DNA of 64,000 bases. Origin: Mobula hypostoma. Taxonomy: Eukaryota. Below, piece by piece: positions 1-12,375 of this stretch. The position numbers and the translations under genes were made by a program. The notes beneath the pieces are model-generated. The model searched no databases, was not told where the DNA came from, and saw only the letters and a program-made list of their open reading frames with translations. The stretch's first letter is position 1, and the number at the start of each line of letters is the position of its first letter. The stretch lies in contig NC_086097.1 of the NCBI RefSeq assembly GCF_963921235.1, positions 72,604,001 through 72,668,000 of the forward strand, in the 5' to 3' direction.

Positions 1-2980
1 TCTCAATAAGCCTTGCATGGGGTACCTTATCAAATGCCTTGCTGAAATCCATATACGCTACACCTACTGCGCTACGTTCATCAATGTGCTTAGTCACATC
101 CTCAAAAAATTCAATCAGGCTCATAATGCACGACCTGCCTTTGGCAAAGCCATGCTGACTACTGTATTCCTAATCATATTATGTCTCTCCAAATGTTCAT
201 AAAACCTGCCTCTCAGGATCTTCTCCATCAACTTACCAACCACTGAAGTAAGACTCACTGGTCTATAATTTCCTGGGCTATCTCTCCTCCCTTCTTGAAT
301 AAGGGAACAACATCTGCAACCCTCCAATCCTCTGGAACTTCTCCCATCCCCATTGATGAGCAAAGATCATTGCCAGAGGCTCAGCGATCTCCTCCCTCAC
401 CTCCCACATTAGCCTGGGGTATACCCCATCCGGTCCCAATGACTTAACCAACTTGATGCTTTCCAAAAGCTCCAGCACATCCTCTTTCTTAACATCTCTA
501 TGCTCAAGCTTTTCAGTCCGCTGTAAGTCATCCCTACAATCGCCAAGGTCCTTTTCCAAAGGGAATACTGAAGCAAAGTATTAATTAAGTACCATTGCTA
601 CCTCCTCCATTCCAAACACACTTTTCCACTGTCACACTTGATTGGTCCTATTCTCTCATGTCTTATGCTCTTGCTCTTCACATACTTGTAGAATGCCTTG
701 GGGTTTTCCTTAATCCTGCTTGCCAAGGCCTTCTCATGGCCCCTTCTGGCTCTCCTAATTTCACTCTTCTTCCTGCTAGCCTTATAATTTTCTAAATCTC
801 TATCATTGCCTAATTTTTTGAACCTTTCATAAGCTTCTTCTTGACTAGATTTTCAACAGCCTTTGAGCACCATGGTTCCTGTACCCTACCATCCTATGCA
901 GAATGCCACACAAATATCCCTTGAACATTTGCCACATTTCTGCTATAAATTTCCCTGAGAACATCTGTTCCCAATTTATGCTTCCAAATTTCTGCCTGAT
1001 AGCATCGTATTTCCCCTTAGTCCAATAAAACGTTTTCCTGACTTGTCTGCTCCTGTCCTTCTCCAATGCTTTGGTAAAGGAGATAGAATTGTGATCACTA
1101 TCTTCAAAATGCTCTCTCAGTGAGAGACCTGACACCTGACCAGGTTCATTTCCCAATACCAGATCAAGTACAGCCTCTCCTCTTGTAGGCTTATCTACAT
1201 ATGGTATCAGTAAACCTTCCTGAACACACCTAACAAACTCCACCCCATCTAAGCACCTTGCTCTAGGGAGATGCCAATCAATACTGGGGAAATTAAAATC
1301 TCCCATCGCAACAACCCTGTTATTAGTGCACCATTTCAGAAACTGTCTCCCTATCTGCTCTTCGATGTCCCTGTTACTATTGGGTGGTCTATAAAAAAAC
1401 ACTCAGTAGAGTTATCTGACCCCTTCCTGTTTCAACCCACAGAGATTCAGTAGACAATCGCTCCTGACTTCCTCCTTTTCTGCAGCCGTGACACTATCTC
1501 TAATCAGCAGTGCCATGCCCCCACCTGTTTTGCCTCCCTTCCTGTCCTTTCTGAAACACCTAAAGCCTGGCACTCTAAGTAGTCATTCCTGCCCCCGAGC
1601 CATCCAAATCTCTGTATTAGCCACAGCATCATAGTTCCAAGTACTGATCCATGATCTGAGCTCATCCGCTTTATTCATGATACCCCTTGCATTAAAATAG
1701 ACACATCTCAAACCATCAGTCTGAGTACGTTCCTTCTCTATCACCTGCCTTTCCTCCATCTCTTCAGTTTGATTCCCATCCCCAGCAATTCTAGTTTAAA
1801 CTCTCCCCAATAGCCTTAGCAAACCTCCCTTTCAGGATATTGGTTCCCCTCAGATTCAAGTGCAACCTGTCCTTATTGTACAGCTCAGGCCTGCCCCAAA
1901 AAAGGTCCCAATGATCCAGAAATCTGAATCCCTGCTCCCTGCTCCAGTCCCACAGCCATGCCTTATCCTCCACCTCACTCTATTCCTATACTCACTGTCA
2001 TGTGACACAGGCAGTAATCCTGAGATTACTGCCCTTGTGGTCCGGCTTCTCAGCTTCTTTCCTAACTCCCTGTAGTCTGTTTTCAGGACCTTCTCCCTTT
2101 TTCCTACCTATATCATCAGTATCAATACGTACCATGACCTCTGGCTATTCACCTTCCCACTTCAGGATATCGTGGACACGATCAGAAACATCCCAGACCC
2201 TGGCACCTGGGAGGCAAACTACCAACCATGTTTCTTTCCTGCATCCACAGAATTGCCTGTCTGACCCCCTAACTACAGAGTCCCCTATCACTGCTGCCAT
2301 CCTCTTCCTTTCCCTGCCCTTCTGAGCCACAGGGCAGACTGCTGCTTCCCCCAGGTAGGTCATTCCCCCCCACTCAACAGTACTCAAACAGGAGCACTTA
2401 TTGTTGAGAGGGACAGCCACAGGGGTACTCTCCAGTATCTGTCTCTTGCCCTTCCCTTTCCTGACTGTTACCCACTTAACTGTCTCCCGAGGACCCAGTG
2501 TGACTACTTGCCTATAGCTGCTCTCTATCACCTCTTCACTTTCCCTGACCAGACGAAGGTCATCGAGCTGTATCTCCAGTTCCATAACCCGGTCCCTAAG
2601 GAGTTGCAGCTCAACGCACCTGGAGTAGATGTGGCCATCTGGGAGGCTGGGATTCTCCCAGACATCCCACATCCGACACTCAGTACAGAACATCGGCCTT
2701 GCAGACATACTTCCTATTCCTATTCTTCACAAGTAACTTACCTTGCCTCAACCTGTTATCACTGAAGCCCCGTTGAGCCAAAGCCCTCCTACTCTGACTC
2801 CCTCTACTCTCGTGCCCGCTCTATAAAGCCGTCTTCTTTTTAAATTCTTCCCGCCAGTTTAATTCACTGATGCCCACGCGCCTGCTCAGTAGTGCCTCGA
2901 TCAAACCACTGAAGAACAAATGATCTCCTTTTTAAGTTCTTCTCACCGGTCTAACTCACTGATGTCCACACACCTCCCCA
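1..2980 (-). mobile_element. CR1-clade LINE, 5' part (5' UTR, ORF1, start of ORF2); continues beyond the left edge
   Basis: Minus-strand ORF pieces read as CR1 ORF2: YRPPNS, MGDFNFP and SDHN (APE endonuclease), then GPDG..P and PGNYRPVSLTSVVGKLME (pre-RT). ORF1 lies upstream. Several stops and frameshifts, plus an internal deletion near 890. Confidence 0.93.
1791..2708 (-). pseudogene. CR1 ORF1p remnant (Cys-rich N-terminus, coiled coil, SGNH/GDSL esterase-like domain)
   Basis: ORF 2145..2708 has CTEC...RC, a heptad-like LRDRVMELEIQLDDL and VIGDSVVRG...CLPGARV. ORF 1791..1973 has FLDHWDLFWGR...DRLHLN. The frame is broken by stops. Confidence 0.88.
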
Positions 2981-3529
2981 TCCTGAAGACCTATCTTGGA
3001 ATTGTCCAAGTAGTTCACCCCGATAAGACTAAATTGGGTAAATTTTGCTGGTTGGAGCAAATAGTTAGTTCCGATTGAAATTGTTAACCTTCAGCCATTT
3101 AAGTTCAAAGAAGTCTTAGCTTTATTAACATGCATTATTATGCATGGAATTCTGAGAGTTACTACCAGAACTGAAGGTTAGAGAGCCAATTAATTTCAGT
3201 GGGAGTTCTCGACTTGAAGTATGGAGAAAACATATTATTTAATTATTTTACTTTAGTTTAATAGTTAATAATTTTAAGTGATTTTTCTCTTTAATTATTT
3301 GAAATATTGTTAAATAAATTTAAATTTTGCCATTTGATTCAATTTTAAAATTCACAGTTTCATATTTCACAATTAAAACTTTGCCAAAGGCAGACATCAA
3401 GCTCATCTTTGCCACCTGTCAAGTATTCTGGGGGGCGGGGAGTGGAGGGTGAGCCTCAGCACTAGGCTGCTTTCATTCCAGGTAATGAAAGACCAGTGAA
3501 ATTCATTTTCTGTATACTGACCAGTGAGG

Positions 3530-4095
3530 GTAAATATTGAGTTCATTCACATTGGATCTGAGAAAGATAAAAGAAAGTACTTTCTAAGCTGTAAAATGCT
3601 AGAAATAGTGAAGAAACATCATGGTTTATTGAATTTTCAAGGACAGATCCTTTTTTTCTGGAAGACCACTATATGAGGGAAGTTTTGCTCCAGTAACAAA
3701 ACGCCTGGTTAGTCCATAGACGGAAGAGCTGTGTTGAATATTATATTTTTAAAATTTTACTATTTCATTAGACTGAACTTAATAAGATATCAAGGTAACT
3801 GATTGAGTAAGTGGGCTACAGAATCTAGGACTGGGGACACAGTATGTAAATTAGACTTGGAGTTATGTTTATAAGTATTTTCATGTACAAAAATGGTAAT
3901 AATTGTAAATTCTCTTCTGCAAATCAGTTTTGGGTAAGTTAAAATTTTCAAGTTTGTGGTTGATAGATTGTATTGTTACTAAGAATATCAGTCAAACGCC
4001 ATATGGCCTTTACATGGTGCTGTTTCAAAGATCAGCTGTGGTAGCATTGAAAGGCAGAAAAGGTTATTGGATCTAAATGATCTACTCTTGTCACT
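3530..4095 (+). mobile_element. Highly decayed CR1 3' fragment
   Basis: Residual similarity to other CR1 3' ends in the window (gaatctaggactggggacacagt, ttgatagatt, gatcagctgtggtagcattgaa). Confidence 0.5.
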
Positions 4096-4522
4096 GAATT
4101 CCTAAAGACTTAAAAAGTTCTAATGCTATTGATCAGTTAATGCTATTGAATAGTTTGAAAACTATTGTGAGATACAGGGCACCTGATTCACCAGATCAAT
4201 TTAACTTACCAAGAGCAGGGCTCGCCTCAATTAAAAAGCTATATTTATAATTTTTACAGGCTCTGCAAAAAAGGGGGTTGCCATCTGTGTCAGCCTTACT
4301 TTGTGCCAAGTGGAGGGGTTGTATGTGAAGTGTATCTGTCCTGTCTCCCCAGCGTGCCAGTGCTTTGCTACTGAGCTTAAGGATGTGTCCAGCAGTGGAG
4401 AGAGAGGGGTCAAATATGGCAGCAAGCAGCTAACTGTGAGTGCTTTGCAAACTGCAGTTCCCAGAGGAACTGTCAGCTGCAGGTCTGCTTTATTCAGGCC
4501 AGTGAAATACTTAAGTGGATTG

Positions 4523-4681
4523 AGTGCAGTTGCCATATAAATAGTATGTCATTAATGGTAACGCTGCGCCACCTGAAATAGACTATGATTATTATCGTTT
4601 AAGTGCAGTTGTCATTAAAATAGTATGATCTCACTAATGAAAAAGTAACTCTGCCAGAAATAGATTCTGATTAGTATTCTT
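4523..4681. repeat. Diverged tandem duplication, two units with a 79-nt period
   Basis: agtgcagttgccatataaatagtatg...gaaatagactatgatta (4523) versus agtgcagttgtcattaaaatagtatg...gaaatagattctgatta (4602). Confidence 0.8.
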
Positions 4682-5739
4682 GCATGATTATCAGTTTTAT
4701 AAATAAATTGATTTTAATTATGTTTCTTTCTTTGTACCCATCTCACACACCAAAAAATAATTCACCAAATCAGGACGTTGGTAGGGTAAGTGATTTTCAT
4801 TTCAGATTAAGGATGACAATCTAGTTTTATCAGGAATTCCTTAGATTGTACGAGTTGCACAATAGCACTGAGAGAGAAATGGGGTGTCTGTGCAATGTGC
4901 ATCTTAGGATAAAGTGCCTTCTGCTTCGAACCAGAATGTTAAACAAATCTACAAGATGGTTATTACTGAAACGTTGTATCTTGAAAACAGGTGTGCAGCT
5001 CACTCAATAAATGTTTCACAATATGTGTGAAATACCTGTGGGATGGTGGTGACACTATGTCATGTAGATGACAGTGCTAATATTTCATACAAAGTACATA
5101 TTGGTGTCAGAAGAAATTTAATAATATCATCTATTGTTTTAAAAAACAAGTGCTTGGTATTGTATTTTTATATTTAATGTTACAGAGGATCAGGACTGTT
5201 TTGAAAGAAAACACACACATTAGGTTCATTTTTATGAAATTTGTCTTGTAACTAAATCTTTAACTTCTGCCCTACTGGTTTACCTTCCATTGGTAATCAG
5301 TGGCTGTAACTACAAATAGTTGCATGAATACAAGACAAGTTCACTATTAATGGCATACATGGCTGGGGTACAAAGAAGGAATCATCTGAAAATATTAAAT
5401 ACATCGAATTAGATTCCAAAATAGTATTCTGCAGATTATTGACTTAGTTCTAACATTATCATCAAAAAATATTTCTAACAGATCATGACAATATCAAAGC
5501 TCAAATTTGTTCGAGATAGTCATAATGGGTAAATTACTAAAATGATCTAAAATTAAAATATTAAAAGGAGCAATTTCTAAATTATTTGATGAAAATTATT
5601 AAAGATATTCAATCTTTTGATATGACAGATTATGCTAGAGGGGATTGAGACTGGATTTCTTATTTTGAATGTGTTAGCTTTGAAGTACATTCTAGTTTTC
5701 CTCAGCCAGTACATCTTATGGCAAGTGGGCTGTGTTTGT

Positions 5740-5845
5740 GCACAAGAGACAGCAGATGCTGGTATCTGTAGCACAAACAGTAGAAGAATTCAGCAGGTCA
5801 TGCAGATCTGTGGGAAGAAATGAGTTGTTGATGTTTTGGATTGAA
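5740..5845 (-). mobile_element. Decayed solo Penelope-like terminus
   Basis: gcagatgctggtatct...cagcaggtcatgcagatctgtggga resembles the terminus at 61778-61915. Confidence 0.6.
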
Positions 5846-8800
5846 TGGGATTTTATTTTTGGGCTGGTTTTATGTAATTATAATACAAAACAATGGCCCT
5901 AACTATCTAAAGCAGAGGTATAAATCTTCCAATCAAGTTATTACAGTATCCATTCACTCATGGCAAAAAAACTAATTGATGTTTTTGTATGGAGCAGTGT
6001 AGTAATACTGAGAGCACTGTGACTGTTGTCAATTCCTGGTTGTCTTCCAAAAGTGCATAGAGCTGCCTTCTGGAGAGCCTGAAGTCCTTTATATTAGTAC
6101 ATCCAGATCAGTGCTAGATAGAAACTTACAGTTTATAAACATGACATTGAAGGAATTATGTGTTATATTTGAATCAGGAGGCTTGTGAATTGATAATGTT
6201 CCTTTGACATTACACTTCTTGTGCTTCCTCGTGGTGGATGCTGTAGGCTATTCAGTGTTGTACAAGTAAGTAAGATAAGTTGCTGCAGTCCGTTCTATAG
6301 AAAATACATAGCAATCACAGTGCAACATTATGGAAAAGTTAGATAAGCAAGTAAATTTTGGGTCTTTTATTTTTTTACAATTGGCGTCTAGACTGCATGT
6401 AAAAATATCTCCAGTGTTTCCATTGTTGCTTGTGGCGAATGTGTATTCCTGTTGTGGAACATATAATTTGTAAAATTGAACTGAAGCAGACATTTCATAA
6501 AAAAACAGTTTCTCCCACTTAAAAGATAATTGTAACTGATAATTTTGCATACTAAATTTAGCAATGTCACCTTTTTGCATGAATTCAAATACCAAGGTAA
6601 TAAAAAGGTGAATATTATTTATGTAGATCATAATCTGAAATCACTGGATGTATTGAATATGACAACAGTAGCAATATTAAGTGAGTTCACACAATGGTGA
6701 AAAACAAAATAATTCAGATTTCTCTAATGCATCACTTAGTCTTTTTGAAAATTCAGACTTGGCAAATACTCAAATATTTTGGCTATCAAAGATTTTGTGA
6801 TTCTTAGAATAAAATGCAAAATACTGAATTGTTTTGAATAGAAACAGTGTCATTTCTGAATTGATGTTGAGGTAATCATTTCTACTATTAAACTAAGCCT
6901 TCTGAAATGTAAAAACTCTCATCAACTAAGCAGGAGTCATTTAGGAATTGGGGTATTCATTTATTTTCCGTAATAGAAAGTAAAATTCCATAATTATCTG
7001 TACACATTTGGTATGATTGCAAAGTTAGTAGATAAAGAATTGTGAAATCTGCAATCATTTTGATTAATTGAAGTTCACAACCTCTTAATTCAGGGATCAC
7101 AAGACTGAAATATGTCCATTCTGTACTGTTAATGAAAATTATAAAATTCAATTATCTATTCATCTAATTTGGAGGAACAATAATATTAATGTTGTACACA
7201 ATCAAAATAGTTTATTTCAAATATGTTATTGTATTAGTAAAAAATCAGCATACCATTGTTTGAAAAGCCATACTTGGTAACATTTTAAATCAAATTTTCT
7301 TTTAGTAAAATGGTAAAATCAGATTTACAATCCTACTCATCGTCCTTGAGTAAAGGATGATTAATGGGATGGCCCCACTCTTCCTTGTTTTTCGTTTTGT
7401 TATTTCATTATTTCCCATGGGGCCCTAACATATACAGTCATTCTCTCCTTAGAACAAAAGAAGATATTGAGGGCTTTAATAATTAGTTTGAGGCCAGAGT
7501 AGTAAGGGAAGGAAAAAGATCATCCAAATCTTCCATTTTAATCCACCATTTGCAGCCAAGAGCCTCAAGGCAAAAATTCTTTCACTTATTACACACTCAA
7601 TTAAGCACATTGCTTCCTCATTCCTGTGGGAATAATAATTACCAGGCAATAGTGAACGTTACAGAAGCTCGATTTGTATCTTTAAATTAAATGATTGGCC
7701 CTTTTCATCCCATCAACAATTAACTCACTCACACATCTAAAAGGTGCATACTCATTTGGCTTGCCGGCTTCCAGTGAGTCCAGTTTCAGTTGTTCAGCAT
7801 GGATGTTCTGATATGCAAGAACATGTATAATACTTTTATTAGCATAACTGAAAATTTTCAGTCACTCAAGGACAGAAGCCCTTCCATATTTCTGTGCTCT
7901 TTCTTGTCTCTGTTGCCATAGCAATACCTTGGATATACTGTATGAGAACATAATAGAAAGAACCAGCATTAAAGTTTTGTGAGATTTTTCTGTCTCATTG
8001 TTGTAGAATAAATCTCCTGGAAGGACCACAAAAGCAGAGGAGAAACCTAGTGTATTTGTGACCAAGCTTTGAAAATTTCTTTCTATTCCCTTGAAGTCGT
8101 AAGCAAGCTGCAGAAGAGTAACTGTCAGTCCACCTTACGACACAAGGATATATCCTAGTTCTCTTTGAAAGGCTGTGGAAAACCCTTTCTGGTGCATATT
8201 TCAACATTTGATATATTCAATTTTTTGACTCTCCTTAGTGTGGGCAAGTATGTGTATGTGCTAATGGAGATGATATCCAGCCTGATGCAGCAGAATTGCA
8301 TCAGTGTGGAGTAGAGTCAGTGAACTTTACCTGCCTCTTAATTTTGGATGGTTGCCTCAGAGGAGGTTATATCTAAAAGGAGAAACACCTATAGTTGAGC
8401 TTAAAGTGCATTCAAGTTACTTAACATAGAACAAGCTCTATTATGGACTTAACAAGTGTACTTACTGTGAGAATGTCTGACAGTGAAAATGCTTGATTGA
8501 TTTATTGATATTCCTAAAACAATACTTACATCAAGAAAACCCAAGTAGTAATTTACAAAACTGAGCTTAAATTAGGTCATTAGACAGTCTGAAAAAAAAA
8601 CAGGTTTTCAAATTGTGTATGCCTTGGCAGTAACTGCTGTAAACAACAGATTAGCCATCAGTTCAGTACTGATCTTATCTGCTGTAAACAATTTAGTAGG
8701 ATGGGATAAAGTCTGGAAGTGGTGGGATTATTGTAAAGCAATTAATCTTCATTTTAGAGGGAGAGGAGTCTAATATCTGTTTTGACTTGTTCTTAATGAC

Positions 8801-9258
8801 AGGAATTCCAATTAAACTCTTGTCACTTTAAATTTGCCAGTTTTGGTTTCATTTTAAACTGAGTCATTAACTGTTCCATTCTCCTTGAGGAAATGATTTC
8901 AGCAATCACAATAAGTGGTGTTTGAAACTCCTGACAGATTAGATACTACCTTGCTGAATTAAAAAGAATAGCACTGAGTTAAAGCAGAACAACAATATGC
9001 TGCAGCTAACCTTGACCCCCATAACTGATTAAAACTATGGGAAGGCCAAAATAGATGACGTCCTGTTGAACGTTGAGCCTTTTCTCTCATAATTTGTGGT
9101 GATGCTTGCTATTTGAATTAATTATAAGGAAGCCAAGTTACACTACATAGAGAGATTAATAGTAATGAAGCAAAGTATTCCACCTGGATTAATTAGTTCA
9201 AAGAAAATGAGACCAAAAAGACTAAATTTTATAATTTCCACATTTTGCCTATGTTAGT

Positions 9259-9501
9259 CGAAACAAAAAAATCTTCAGATGCTGGAAACCCAAAGCAACA
9301 CACACAAAATGCTGGAGGGACTCAGCAGGCTAGGCAGCATCTATGAAGAAGAGTAAACAGTCAATGTTCTGGGCTGAGACCCTTCCTCAGGAGCCTTCAT
9401 GAGTTCTGATGAAGGGTTTCAGACCCAAAACATGACTGTGTATTCTTTTCCACAGATAATGCCTGGCCTGCTGAGTTCCTAAAGCATTTTGTGTGTGTTG
9501 C
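9259..9501. mobile_element. Hairpin element made of two inverted Penelope-like termini, with target-site duplication
   Basis: Arm gcaacacacacaaaatgctggagggactcagcaggc... is inverted as ...gcctgctgagttcctaaagcattttgtgtgtgttgc. The direct repeat ttgcctatgttagt flanks it at 9245-9258 and 9498-9511. Confidence 0.9.
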
Positions 9502-11909
9502 CTATGTTAGTGTTCGTTCTGAAGTGCCCTTTGGTTAAAAGTTACTGTTGTAGGGTGGAACATGCTGAGAAGTAGGAATTTGGAAGTCCCAAACTTGCTG
9601 GCCAAATTACAGTGGTGATTTTGCTGACCGCTCCCACGTTGGATGCAGCATAAAGTCCAGCAGTGAAGCTGAAGAATGCTGATTTTCCCAGAATTTGTGA
9701 ACCTTGAGAAGATTAGGTCAGTTGCGGGAACAGCAAACTATTCATTTGCACATACCAGTTGGTACAAGCTGAATTCATTGTGATGCCTTAATACTTGTAA
9801 TTAGTAACTTGATTTAAATTTCAGAGATATCCAGAAATATTCAAAGAACTTGTTAGCTTTGGCAACTGACAATGCTGGAGGTATGACTTTGCCAGCTATT
9901 GAAGATTTTAAGTCTTTTTTAGGAGGGATTTGTGCTGCCCAGCTACTTGATTGTATACAAGCTTTGTAATTGTACCAGGTGCCACCATTTTGCATCTGGA
10001 CTTATGCAGCCTTCAAAATACACATGGAGTAAGTGCATAACTTACCAATGGTAAATGCAGACAGCAAACCCCAGTCACCCTCCTCTGGATCAATTAATTG
10101 GCAGTCTAGTGACCAACTCGGTAATTTATGCAATGTAGAGGTATCTGTCAGTTATTTAGCGTAGTGAGAGATTGAACACAGTAAAAGTGATAAAGGGAAA
10201 CCAAGAAGGACACTTACCCACCCTGAAGATAAAATCCTAAGCGCTTATATAGTCAGCTTATAGATGGAGACATTTTGAATGGAATACATCGCTGACTATG
10301 TGAATACAGTATATTTTTGTTTGGTCTATATGAAACTGTATTGTATGTGCCTCTTATCTTCTACTCACTGGCCCCAAATTTATTTAGAAAGTAAAATTAG
10401 CTGTGCCTGGATTAAGAAGCACTCATTACCTTGATCAGCAAGGCAAACACAGCTTCACATAGATGTACACAGAGTGGTAGATATGCTTGCCCATTACTCA
10501 TGTCAGCAGCCATTCTTCATGCTGCAAATCAGCCTTCACCCATGGCCTGGAAAATTAGCAACATAGCATGTTTTAATGTTGATGCATGATTGAACAGAGC
10601 ATATAATTAATTCCAAAATGAAATCAGCACTACTTAGTGTGCATGGCCACAATGTGAAATTGATTCACAGGCCTCACTCTCGACTCACAGGGGATACTGG
10701 TCAGTGATGTCAATAGGTTTCAAAGTGCAGAGCCATGGAGGTGAACAGCATCGAATTGGGTCCTCTGGCCCACCATTTCTATGCTAACATTCCTGCTCAT
10801 TATGTTTGATATTGTTGCTGCCAAGTTGTAGTGTGGCCTGGACCATTTTGAAAATCCTATCTTAAACAGCAGTTTTCACAACATGTCCATTCTGCCTGCA
10901 TTAATGCAGACCACAAAGTGAACTTTGGCTATGAGTAATTATTATGGGATGAAACATGCAAAGAAGTAGGAAACTACAAACCCCAAACTTAGTGACATTT
11001 TTCATGTTCTAATGTGCACTAAAACAGCCCTTAATGTTAGTTAAATAACTCCACCATTGAATTTAGCCATGGAAGTTACTACATGGGATTTAATGCTGTA
11101 CTTGCTTGTTCTTTCTCTATGGGCTCAATGCTTCGTCCGGCTGTCCATTAGCTCTTCCACCATGCCCAATAATCTTTCATAGGTGTGGTGTACTCTCTTC
11201 CCTCTCCATTCTGCATTCCTGGTCCTGGCTGCAGATCTGGCATGGCGGGCAGCGCAGCTCAAAGGGCCTACTCAGCGCAGTATCTCTGAATAAAATAATA
11301 AATCCCACCCCACCACCCAAGGCACCAAGTTTTGTTTAGAGCTGTCACATTTAGAACTGTTCCCATTCTCCACACATTGTCCATGCCATTGTTAGATCAT
11401 TATTTTTTTTAATGCAATTCTTAAGCCCATAAATATTAGTTATCTGTTCCTAAATGCAGAAAGGAATTCAGAAGAAAAGCACGGAGTGTTACGAATGTGC
11501 AAATTCCTTCTACATAAAGTAGATAGGTAGATGAAGAAAATAACCGAGATGCATTCAAAGGGAAGCTGGTTTTGTATAGGAGCAAAAAATGAATAAAAGA
11601 GTTTGCTTCTGTGCTTGGTTGAACAGGAACAGGATTCTGTGTGGAGCCAGTTAAATTACATATGAATTTGTTTTATTTCTATGTCAAGTTATTTAATTAC
11701 ATAGTCATTTTTTAAATCTAAATTATACGTACTGTTATGTCTACAGTGCTTTAAAATACAGTCTGTTCTGGCTGTTTATATTACCCACCTGACAAGTGAC
11801 GTAATTGAAATTCCTTTATATAGATTCAGTTGTGTTTAAATCAAAAATATGAAATTAATGATTGCACTTGAAGCATCTGATACAAATGTTAGATGTTAGA
11901 TGTTCACAG

Positions 11910-12375
11910 TAAAAACAGAAAATGCAGGATATATCCAACAGTATTCAAGCAGTCTCCATGGACTGTGAAACAGAGTTAAACTTTACCAGTTGATGACTTT
12001 TCATCAAAGATTAGGAATCAAGTCATCTTTAAGTTACAGAGAGGTGGTAGTATGCAGAGAAGAAAGGGGATATGTATAATGGGGTGGAGACCAAAAAGAA
12101 ACTGAATGGCAGTGCAGCTGGCTGAAAAAGGATGGTAAGGGCTTGGTAATTGCAGTTGATGTGTCTGGAGGAGAGGTACATAAATAGCAGAAGAGGAATC
12201 AGAACGGAGAAGAGAAAATTAAAAACAGTGATGCTGTTGAAATATAAAACACTGCAGATGCTAGAAGTCTTAAATAATAGAAAATTCTGGAAATATTTGT
12301 CAAGTCTGGTAGTATTTGTGAAGAGAGAAAAATAGAATTAACATTGCAGGTTATTGAGCTATCATCAAAACTGGC
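11910..12375 (-). mobile_element. Two old Penelope-like termini in tandem
   Basis: aaaaacagaaaatgcagg...tttcatcaaag followed by a purine-rich tract, then actgcagatgctagaagtc...tatcatcaaaactgg. Confidence 0.55.

Noticed and set aside
4121..4149. Direct repeat taatgctattga x2
   Set aside because: Short local slippage duplication with no further structure.
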